Origin: Eledone cirrhosa
Taxonomy: Eukaryota
NCBI GenBank assembly: GCA_964016885.1
Contig: OZ024746.1
Coordinates: 15,810,001 to 15,874,000 of the forward strand
Direction: 5' to 3'
Length of the DNA stretch: 64,000 nt
In this document: positions 1 to 10,300 of the stretch, piece by piece
How positions within the stretch are numbered: position 1 is the first letter of the stretch
Layout of the letters: each line of letters opens with the position of its first letter
Made by a program: the position numbers and the translations under genes
The notes under the pieces: model-generated
Told to the model about the DNA's origin: nothing
Database searches by the model: none
The model's input: the letters and a program-made list of their open reading frames with translations, nothing else

Positions 1-600
1 TTTGAATGTGCTTATATATATGTGTGTGTGTGTGTGTACTGAAGCTCTTCCAATACATATATATATATATCTTTAGTGCATGTGTATTTAAATATATATA
101 TATATATGCATACAGACATACACGCAAACACACATAAGAAATATATTATGAGAAAAACTTTCTTTCCAAATGTAACTTGACACCAAGTATTATAAAATAC
201 TTGAATTGAATGAACAAAGAAAGCATGTATAATGTCACTCAACCTGTTAGAAATAGCAGCCAAATCTTCCTCAAATCCCACACATACACATCATAATCAT
301 TATCATTCAATGTCTGTTTTCTCTGCTAACAAGGGTTGGATGGTTCTTCACAGACTGAGTCAGTACTGAAGTGGAGTTACTAATTTCTCAAAGGGAGTAT
401 GGGGCTACATCTTGCTTATATGTGTCCCTGCATTTTACTGAGTACTCCAGATGTATTTTACTGAGTACACCAGATGCATTTTATTGTATACACCAGATGC
501 ATTTTATCATAGAGGTTGTCATCTCTTAAGCACAACTGAAGAGTCTATGTTTAAAATGGGTCACATTATATAATGTATCCCTAGATACACAATATTTAGA

Positions 601-1004
601 TTAATCCTATAGCATTTAAACCTGCCATATCCGGCCAGTATTCTCTCACCTCTTTCTGTGCAAACTGGCCATAACCAGCTACTCATACTGATGTTAAAGT
701 ATTGTTCTCGAAATAGATTCAATATTATGTAAGATAATTATGTGAGGTAAAGACTTTACTGTGAAAATATAATTGTTTCTACATTTGGCACAAGGCCAGC
801 AATTACCCAGTGCATTACTGGTACTTTATTTTATCGACCCCGTAAGGATGAAAGGCAAAGTTAACCTCGGCGGGATTTGAACTCAGAATGGAAAGGGCCG
901 TAACTCTATATGTCAAAGCATGGCGTCCGACCCTCTACCGATACTGCCAATCCACTGTGAAAATATAATAGTAAATCTAGAGTAATGTAAATGCTAAAGG
1001 GTTA
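601..1004. mobile_element. TTAA-flanked MITE (piggyBac-like termini) interrupted by a SINE
   Basis: Ends TTAAtCCTaTAGCATTTA and TAAATGCTAAAGGGTTAA are terminal inverted repeats bounded by TTAA. A homologous uninterrupted copy lies inverted at 58684-58910. Confidence 0.7.
774..953 (-). mobile_element. tRNA-derived SINE family A (GCCTTTCATCCTTACGGGGTCGATAAA core, Meta/MESC-like) with a 16-bp target-site duplication
   Basis: Minus strand has an A-box-like TGGCAGTATCGGTAG and a B-box GAGTTCAAATCCC. ACTGTGAAAATATAAT is duplicated at 758-773 and 954-969. Confidence 0.85.
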
Positions 1005-1099
1005 ATGAATTGTTGATCATTCAATCAGACCTCAGACGGAACTAAACAACAACAACAACAAATACTTAATTTTTATATATATTTTATATATATTTTAAT

Positions 1100-1480
1100 T
1101 AACCCTTTCATTACCATATTTCTAATGAAAGACACTGCCAATGATTTTCAAAAAGAATTTTAATTAATCAAAAATTTGGAAGTAATGTTGTGCTTGGAAA
1201 ATAACTTAACAAAAATTCTTACATAAATTTATGATGGAAGGTTTTTAAAAATAAAGTATAAACATTTTAACTCTTTCATTACCATATTTCTAATGGAAGA
1301 CACTGTCTATGATTTTCAACTAATTTTGAAAATAATCAGGAATTTAGAGGGATTTAATTATATAGCTAACTTTCTCATTATCAAGCTGGTGTTTAGAACA
1401 TCATTTAGCAAAGATTTATACATAAATTTATGATGAAAGGTTTTTCTTTTTAGATAGAATATAAACACTTTGAAATAAAC
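1100..1480 (+). repeat. Two tandem copies of an AT-rich dispersed repeat (TTAAC(C/T)CTTTCATTACCATATTTCTAATG...)
   Basis: Units start near 1100 and 1267. Reverse-complement homologues lie at about 21000-21305. Confidence 0.7.
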
Positions 1481-1559
1481 AGTACTATAGCAGAGAACCA
1501 TGTGTGGTTCCAAATATTTTTTTGTACCAAAAGTGTTAGCAGTACTTCAGTACCCATGA

Positions 1560-1775
1560 TTTCATATTTGTCAGTATTCTAGAAACAGGTTCTAGATTGA
1601 AGCCATTCTCTGATTAAGTTAACATCAACGGACCTGTAGTAAATGTAGACCAAGGAAGACCTTGTAGCAGGGGTGAGAGCTGATCTCAGATCACTGAGAC
1701 TCACAGAGGAGTTGATGAAGGAATGTGGTGTGTGGAGAGAAGCTGTCCTGAAAAAGACATATCCAACTCAAAAAA
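1560..1775 (+). mobile_element. Degenerate RTE-clade LINE 3' end
   Basis: Translates patchily as RPRKT..VRADLRSLRLTEELMKECGVWREAVLKKT, matching the RTE ORF2 C-terminus at 30104-30240, and runs into a (GAT)n tail. Confidence 0.65.
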
Positions 1776-2066
1776 TGATGATGGTGTAAAAATGATGATG
1801 ACGATGATAATGATGATGACGATGTTGACAATGATTATGAGGATGATGAAAACGATGATGATGAAAATGATAATGACGACGGCGATGACAATGATGATGA
1901 CAATGGTGATGATGATGAAAATGGATGACAATGATGATGATGATGATGATGATGAATATAATGTTGATTATGGCGATGATGATGGTGATGATGATAATGA
2001 TGATGGTGATGATGAACATGATGATGGTGATGATGAACATGATGATGATGGTGGTGGTGGTGGTGG

Positions 2067-2097
<31 letters not shown>

Positions 2098-2265
2098 AAT
2101 GGTGATGAAGATGAAAATGGATGACAATGATGATGATGATGATGATGATGAATATAATGTTGATTATGGCGATGATGATGGTGATGATGATAATGATGAT
2201 GGTGATGATGAACATGATGATGGTGATGATGATGATGGTGATGATGATGGTGGTGGTGGTGGTGG

Positions 2266-2296
<31 letters not shown>

Positions 2297-2464
2297 AATG
2301 GTGATGAAGATGAAAATGGATGACAATGATGATGATGATGATGATGAAAATAATGTTGATTATGACGATGATGATGGTGATGATGATAATGATGATGGTG
2401 ATGATGAAAATGATGATGGTGATGATGATGATGGTGATGATGATGATGGTGGTGGTGGTGGTGG

Positions 2465-2511
<47 letters not shown>

Positions 2512-2553
2512 GTGATGAAGATGAAAATGGATGACAATGATGATGATGATGAT
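1775..2553 (+). repeat. (GAT/GGT)n microsatellite with an ~200-bp higher-order repeat
   Basis: ATGAAAATGGATGACAAT recurs near 1915, 2111, 2310 and 2521. Confidence 0.9.
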
Positions 2554-2730
2554 AAGAGCTCAACAGTAAAACTATTTCATATTCCGTCTATAGTTTCTTC
2601 TTCTTTAGTTCTCTCTTCTATTTTCTTTATATCATATATCACTTTGCATGTGGAGACATATTTACAAATAGTTTCTTTTCTTTTACTAGTTTATTCCTGA
2701 TACTGAGATATTATTTCACTTTGTCAACAT

Positions 2731-2905
2731 GATATATATATATATATAGGTATATATAAATATATATACACACACATATACAAATATATATATATATACA
2801 CATATATATAAATATATAAATATATATATCTATGTACACACACATATATACATATGTATAATGTATATATATATATATATATATGCATATATATGTATGT
2901 GTGTG

Positions 2906-2948
<43 letters not shown>

Positions 2949-3024
2949 ATATATATATATATGTACTTAAATATAAATATGTATATATATATATATGCAT
3001 ATATATGTATGTGTGTGTATATAT

Positions 3025-3056
<32 letters not shown>

Positions 3057-3115
3057 ATATATATATATATATATGTACTTAAATATAAATATGTATATAT
3101 ATATATATGTGTGTG
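2731..3115. repeat. (TA)n/(TG)n compound microsatellite
   Basis: Directly visible, with an internal ~110-bp duplication (ACTTAAATATAAAT at about 2965 and 3077). Confidence 0.9.
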
Positions 3116-3290
3116 TGGTTATCGTCTATTTTTCATATATATATATAGACACATATATTTCTTTACCGTTCACTGTGTTGTGTCTATCAACATATGGTTT
3201 TGTCAGGAATATACACTCACATGCTACACTTCCATACACGCTCAATATCGGTGTTATATATATATATATAGATATATATATATATATGTA

Positions 3291-3632
3291 TCATCATCAT
3301 GATCATCATTTTACGTCCGCTTTTCCCTGCTTGCAAGGGTGGGACAGGAACTGATTCTGGCTTGATTTCTACAGCTGGATGCCCTTCCTAACACCAACCT
3401 CATTTTACAGTGAGTGCTGGGTGCTTTTTTGCCGTGGCACCTCCACAACCACTTTGCAGTGGAATGATAGGGACCCCAGTCCCTATCATCTCATTTCTAC
3501 AGCTGAGTAAACTGGAGCAATGGGAAATGAAGTATCTTGCTCAAGGAAACAACACATCACCTGGTCTGAGAATTGAACTCACAACCTTTCGATTGCAAGG
3601 CCAATGCTCTAACCACTAAGCCATGCGCCTCC
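3291..3632 (-). mobile_element. tRNA-derived SINE family B with an RTE-type 3' tail
   Basis: Head GGCTTAGTGGTTAGAGCATTGGCCTTGCAATCGAAAGGTTGTGAGTTCAATTC has a GCA at the anticodon position. The tail GGAAGGGCATCCAGCTGTAGAAA...(GAT)n is shared with the RTE 3' UTRs in this window. Confidence 0.85.
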
Positions 3633-3654
3633 ATGTATGTATGTATAAATACTC

Positions 3655-4060
3655 ATCATCATTATCATCATTCTTTTTAGGTCTGTTTTTCCATGCTTAT
3701 ATGGGTTAGACTGGTCCTTTTCAGCGTAGCATCTCTTCACTTGTTGCATTCCTTCATCATTTTTTCTGTGTGTCTCAGCAGTTTTAGATCAGTTCCAACC
3801 ACCTCTGCTCAGGTCTTCCTTGGTCTTCCTCTACTGCAGCTTCCATCCACTGGGATATCCATACCAATGCAGTCCCGTCTCCTGCACAATACATTTGATT
3901 ACTTTTATACCCAGTTTCTCTCTCACTTCATCCATGCTTTATTATTCTTGCACATCCATTGAAACATGCTTGCCTCATTTATCTCCAGCCTTAGCAATGT
4001 CCTCTGCCTTCACTTCCCATGTCTTACTACCATGTAGCATGGTACTTCACACACAGATAT
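3655..4060 (-). mobile_element. Old RTE LINE 3' fragment
   Basis: Minus strand shows remnants of VQETGLHWYG and GRPRKT, ending in (GAT)n. Confidence 0.6.
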
Positions 4061-4593
4061 TATACAAGTACAAAGTCAATCTGACTCACGAGTTCACCTG
4101 ACTGGTAGGTGATCAGGTGGTTGGCGAGTTTCCTGAAGTTAGTGTTGCAAATAGTTTGATCCTTTTCACCACAGAATTCCAGGAGCCTCATTCCCTCTTC
4201 ATTTCTTGAGCCATATCCATAATCACCATGAACACTGGAAAAGCCCTCCTTATGCTATCCAATATGTCCATTGAAGTCACTTGCTAAGAAGATGAGGTTT
4301 TTGTCATAGTAACTGAGGTTGTCTTAAAAAGTTGCTCATAAAAGAGGGCCTTTTGTTCCTTACTTTGTCCTGCTTGTGGTGCATAGTTTTGGCATGGTTT
4401 TACTGGCTGGATGCCCTTTCTATCACCAACCACTTTACAGTGTGGACTTGGTGCATTATTTGTCCCACTAGCACTAGAGAATTTGTCTTACTGGACTGAA
4501 GGGTCCTCTCTACTCTGAATCAGCTTTTATTCAGAGTGACTGCTCTCCTAGTCAGGTTGCCTACATTTCAGCTTGTATATATATATATATATA

Positions 4594-4654
<61 letters not shown>

Positions 4655-4657
<3 letters not shown>

Positions 4658-5250
4658 GTGAGAATAAGAATTGCAGCTTTTTGTGAAACTTCATTTCATA
4701 TTGCAATTGTTTTTAGAACCACAAACATGTTTATTTAACTCTACTGGGATGAAAGAATGGTATTTAACTAATGTAATGGTACGCGATGGGGCCCATCCAC
4801 AGCCCCGGCGGACAGAATGGAGAAGGCATTTCCCCGGGGGACGGCAAGGGAGACACGCTGGAAAAGCCACTCCAACTCACGGGGCTCACACCTACGGCTG
4901 GCCAGCTCAGCGCCTATGGTGGTGAGTAAGGATGTAGCCCTGGGGCTAAGGACACCAGAAGTTTCCACTGCCAGGGGAACGACCGCAAACCTGTCGGAGA
5001 GTGACCGGTATTTGAGAAGTTTGGCCCCCTCAGCCCGACGTGCAGCAGAACCTGGGTCAGTCGCAGACTGCACCAGGTTGCGGCTGCAGAAAGTGTCGGT
5101 GCAAGTGGCATCCCAGACGAGGGGTTTGCCACCGCGGAACGGGAAGATGGTCATGCCATCTGGCCTTTTGCCGTCCCCTCGATCCAGCCCCACCGGCTCG
5201 AGCTGGGAAGGGAAGCCTGCAGCTTCCAAGCCATGCTTAATGACCTCGTT
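4655..5250 (-). mobile_element. 5'-truncated non-LTR retrotransposon with a restriction-like endonuclease (CRE-like clade)
   Basis: ORF 4768-5283 reads NEVIKHGL..SQLEPVGLDRGDGKRPDGMTIFPFRGGKPLVWDATCTDT..AEGAKLLKY..VPLAVETSG..LFQRVSLAVPRGNA. This has the RPD..D..K..KY PD-(D/E)xK signature and runs without stops. It is GC- and CpG-rich compared with the flanks. Confidence 0.85.
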
Positions 5251-5320
5251 TCTATATTGATTAGTTCGGGTTTGATCATACAATCAGATTCTGACTCTTA
5301 ATCGACACTTCTTCAGATAT
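5242..5320 (-). ncRNA. Hammerhead ribozyme-like motif (type I), 3' side replaced by the CRE-like sequence
   Basis: Minus strand: CTGAAGA (5316-5310), stem II GTGTCGATTA/TAATCAATAT, GAAAC (5252-5248), then GAG-GTC. Stem I is only about 2 bp. Confidence 0.55.
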
Positions 5321-5445
5321 GAGAGTTTACATGGCCGGTCACATCTAAACTGTAAACTTATATATATGTATATATATATATGGTTTGCTTATTTGTTGTG
5401 GAATTAACTCTCTCACTCTCTCACTCTCTCTCTCTCCCTTAGTAA

Positions 5446-5730
5446 TAATTGTTTCTACTTTTGGCACAAGGCCAGCAATTATCCCAGTGTATTACTGGTA
5501 CTTTATAATGGTTTTTGATTTAGGTTAATAATTTTGATTATGGTTAACAATTTTTGGGGAGGGGAAAATCGATTAAATTGATCTCAGTCAATTACTGGTA
5601 CTCTTGTTTAGCAAAACCCTATAAGGATGAAAGGCAAAACTAACGACGGTGGAATTTGAACTCAGAACATAAAGGGACATAACTCTATGTTGCGAATCAT
5701 GTCCGACGCTCTACCAATTCTGCTAATCCA
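5446..5730 (-). mobile_element. SINE family A, diverged and partly duplicated
   Basis: AATTGTTTCTACTTTTGGCACAAGGCCAGCAAT tail, AGGATGAAAGGC core and ATTTGAACTC (reverse B-box). Confidence 0.75.
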
Positions 5731-6125
5731 GTAAGAATAAAGCATTATTATGCATGAAAGTGTTTCAACCTCCAGTTCTGTATTGCCCCCCCCCAATACC
5801 AGTAACTTGATGATAGATATATAATGTCTCAACCACAATACAATTGCTAGACACACACATGCAAGAAAACACACACACACATATAGGTATATATGTAGAT
5901 ATATTTATGTATGTATGTTTGTATGCCCAAATATAAGTATAAATGCATATTTTATTTGTTAATATATAATTACTTAAATATTATGAAATATGTACACACA
6001 CACAGACACACACACACACATACACATACACACACACAGATGTATGTGTGTGTGTGTGTGCGTTGTGTGTTTAAGTAATAAGATTTTGTGATTTTGCATC
6101 TATGTGTTTCTCTTGTCTATTCTTG

Positions 6126-6173
<48 letters not shown>

Positions 6174-6447
6174 ATATATATAGATAGATAGAGAGAGAGA
6201 GAGAGATAGATAGATAGATAGATAGACAGATATATGAAGAGGAAGATCAGTGGAAAGTAAGGTGAAAGCAATATAATTTTATACAATAATTTAGTACCAT
6301 CTCAAGACTCATTTTAAGTGAAAGATTCTGAGATTGTTAGAACTTCGAGGAAATTATTAATTCATATCAACTTTATTTAAAGTCATCTGTCTATATATAT
6401 ATGTATGCCCCCTCTCTCTGCCTCTCCCTCTCTCTCTCTCTCTCTCT

Positions 6448-6482
<35 letters not shown>

Positions 6483-6521
6483 CAAAAATAAATGGAAGAG
6501 AAGGCAATACTTCTACAAGAC

Positions 6522-6553
<32 letters not shown>

Positions 6554-6556
6554 AAA

Positions 6557-6605
6557 GCTTCTACAGGACTAGAACTGTTTCATTCATGAGAAATCATCAA
6601 GAAGC
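6557..6605 (-). ncRNA. Minimal type I hammerhead-like motif with a C3>T core change
   Basis: Minus strand: GCTTC-tTGATGA-tTTC tcat GAAt-GAAAC AG ttctagtc CT GTA-GAAGC. Stem I is 5 bp, stem III is ACAG/CTGT, and the cleavage triplet is GUA. Confidence 0.6.
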
Positions 6606-6889
6606 AATGTATTGAGTACCTTACTTACTGTGGTTACCCCCGATTGAACCCGGAATAACTTGAGCAAGTGTCATTTACCACAGGCTCGGTTAGACCTATG
6701 CCTTGTGAGTGAAATTGTGTAGACAGAGACTGTTTGGAAGTCTTTGGAGGGATTATACATGTGTCTGTGGAATGCTAAATCACTTACACTATAATACAAT
6801 ATGGACTGTACATGTAGATCAAAGGGATGGCCTTCTCACAAACCATACCATGCTGAATCTCCCTGAGAATTACGTCAAAGGTATACATG

Positions 6890-7345
6890 ACAGTGGTGGT
6901 GTTGGTGATGATGGTGGTGGTGATGATGTTGGTGGTGGTGGTGGTAGTTATGGTGGTGGTGACAGTGGTGGTGGTGATGGTGATGATGGTAATGGTGATG
7001 ATGTTGATGGTGGTGGGAGTGACGACAGTGGCAATTGTAGTAGTGTTGGTGGTGGTGGTGGTGTTGATGGTGGTAGAGATGGTGGTGGTGGTGATGGTGA
7101 TGACAGTGGCAATGGTGACAGTGGTGGTGTCAATCGTTGTGATGGTGATAATGGTGATGATGATGGTGGTGGTGGTGATGTTGAGGGTGATGATGATGAT
7201 GATGATGATAAAGGTGGTGTTGTTAGTGGTGGTAGTAACAATGGTGGGGGTAGTAATTGTTGTGATAGGCATGGGGCCGATGTTGCTGATGGCGATGATG
7301 ATGATGTAGGGAAGGAGGAGAGGGAGGGGGTAGATATGTAGATGA
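6890..7345 (+). repeat. (GGT/GAT)n degenerate microsatellite
   Basis: Directly visible; it grades into the satellite. Confidence 0.9.
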
Positions 7346-10300
7346 GTAGTGATGACAACAATGGTGTAGAGGAGGTAGTGTAGGTCTGTAGTGGTGACAA
7401 TGTAGAGGAGGTAGTGTAGGTCAGTAGTAGTGGTGACAATGTAGAGGAGGTAGTGTAGGTCAGTAGTGACAACAATGTAGAGGAGGTAGTGTAGGTCAGT
7501 AGTGACAACAATGTAGAGGAGGTAGTGTAGGTCAGTAGTGACAACAATGTAGAGGAGGTAGTGTAGGTCAGTAGTGACAACAATGTAGAGGAGGTAGTGT
7601 AGGTCAGTAGTGACAATGTAGAGGAGGTAGTGTAGGTCAGTAGTGACAACAATGTAGAGGAGGTAGTGTAGGTCAGTAGTGACAACAATGTAGAGGAGGT
7701 AGTGTAGGTTAGTAGTGATGACAATGTAGAGGAGGTAGTGTAGGTCAGTAGTGACAATGTAGAGGAGGTAGTGTAGGTCAGTAGTGACAACAATGTAGAG
7801 AAGGTAGTGTAGGTCAGTAGTGGTGACAATGTAGAGGAGGTAGTGTAGGTCAGTAGTGACAATGTAGAGGAGGTAGTGTAGGTCAGTAGTGACAACAATG
7901 TAGAGGAGGTAGTGTAGGTCAGTAGTGGTGACAATGTAGAGGAGGTAGTGTAGGTCAGTAGTGGTGACAATGTAGAGGAGGTAGTGTAGGTCAGTAGTGA
8001 CAATGTAGAGGAGGTAGTGTAGGTCAGTGGTGACAATGTAGAGGAGGTAGTGTAGGTCAGTAGTGACAATGTAGAGGAGGTAGTGTAGGTCAGTAGTGAC
8101 AACAATGTAGAGGAGGTAGTGTAGGTCAGTAGTGGTGACAATGTAGAGGAGGTAGTGTGGGTCAGTAGTAGTGACAACAATGTAGAGGAGGTAGTGTAGG
8201 TCAGTAGTGACAATGTAGAGGAGGTAGTGTAGGTCAGTAGTGGTGACAATGTAGAGGAGGTAGTGTAGGTCAGTGGTGACAACAATGTAGAGGAGGTAGT
8301 GTAGGTCAGTAGTGACAACAATGTAGAGGAGGTAGTGTAGGTCAGTAGTGACAATGTAGAGGAGGTAGTGTAGGTCAGTAGTGACAACAATGTAGAGGAG
8401 GTAGTGTAGGTCAGTAGTGACAACAATGTAGAGGAGGTAGTGTAGGTCAGTAGTGGTGACAATGTAGAGGAGGTAGTGTAGGTCAGTAGTAGTGACAACA
8501 ATGTAGAGGAGGTAGTGTAGGTCAGTAGTGACAATGTAGAGGAGGTAGTGTAGGTCAGTAGTGGTGACAATGTAGAGGAGGTAGTGTAGGTCAGTGGTGA
8601 CAACAATGTAGAGGAGGTAGTGTAGGTCAGTAGTGACAACAATGTAGAGGAGGTAGTGTAGGTCAGTAGTGACAATGTAGAGGAGGTAGTGTAGGTCAGT
8701 AGTGACAACAATGTAGAGGAGGTAGTGTAGGTCAGTAGTGACAACAATGTAGAGGAGGTAGTGTAGGTCAGTAGTGACAACAATGTAGAGGAGGTAGTGT
8801 AGGTCAGTAGTAGTGACAATGTAGAGGAGGTAGTGTAGGTCAGTAGTGACAATGTAGAGGAGGTAGTGTAGGTCAGTAGTGACAACAATGTAGAGGAGGT
8901 AGTGTAGGTCAGTGGTGACAACAATGTAGAGGAGGTAGTGTAGGTCAGTAGTGACAACAATGTAGAGGAGGTAGTGTAGGTCAGTAGTGACAACAATGTA
9001 GAGGAGGTAGTGTAGGTCAGTAGTGACAATGTAGTGGAGGTAGTGTAGGTCAGTAGTAGTGACAATGTAGAGGAGGTAGTGTAGGTCAGTAGTAGTGACA
9101 ATGTAGAGGAGGTAGTGTAGGTCAGTAGTGACAACAATGTAGAGGAGGTAGTGTAGGTCAGTAGTGGTGACAATGTAGAGGAGGTAGTGTAGGTCAGTAG
9201 TGACAACAATGTAGAGGAGGTAGTGTAGGTCAGTAGTGGTGACAATGTAGAGGAGGTAGTGTAGGTCAGTAGTGACAATGTAGAGGAGGTAGTGTAGGTC
9301 AGTAGTGACAACAATGTAGAGGAGGTAGTGTAGGTCAGTAGTGGTGACAATGTAGAGGAGGTAGTGTAGGTCAGTAGTAGTGACAATGTAGAGGAGGTAG
9401 TGTAGGTCAGTAGTAGTGACAATGTAGAGGAGGTAGTGTAGGTCAGTAGTGACAATGTAGAGGAGGTAGTGTAGGTCAGTGGTGACAACAATGTAGAGGA
9501 GGTAGTGTAGGTCAGTAGTGACAATGTAGAGGAGGTAGTGTAGGTCAGTGGTGGTGACAATGTAGAGGAGGTAGTGTAGGTCAGTAGTGACAACAATGTA
9601 GAGGAGGTAGTGTAGGTCAGTAGTAACAACAATGTAGAGGAGGTAGTGTAGGTCAGTGGTGACAATGTAGAGGAGGTAGTGTAGGTCAGTAGTGGTGACA
9701 ATGTAGAGGAGGTAGTGTAGGTCAGTAGTGACAATGTAGAGGAGGTAGTGTAGGTCAGTAGTAGTGACAATGTAGAGGAGGTAGTGTAGGTCAGTGGTGG
9801 TGACAATGTAGAGGAGGTAGTGTAGGTCAGTAGTGACAATGTAGAGGAGGTAGTGTAGGTCAGTAGTAGTGACAATGTAGAGGAGGTAGTGTAGGTCAGT
9901 AGTGACAACAATGTAGAGGAGGTAGTGTAGGTCAGTAGTAGTGACAATGTAGAGGAGGTAGTGTAGGTCAGTAGTGACAATGTAGAGGAGGTAGTGTAGG
10001 TCAGTAGTAGTGACAATGTAGAGGAGGTAGTGTAGGTCAGTAGTGACAATGTAGAGGAGGTAGTGTAGGTCAGTAGTAGTGACAATGTACAGGAGGTAGT
10101 GTAGGTCAGTAGTGACAACAATGTAGAGGAGGTAGTGTAGGTCAGTGGTGACAATGTAGAGGAGGTAGTGTAGGTCAGTAGTGACAATGTAGAGGAGGTA
10201 GTGTAGGTCAGTAGTGGTGACAATGTAGAGGAGGTAGTGTAGGTCAGTAGTGGTGACAATGTAGAGGAGGTAGTGTAGGTCAGTAGTGACAATGTAGAGG

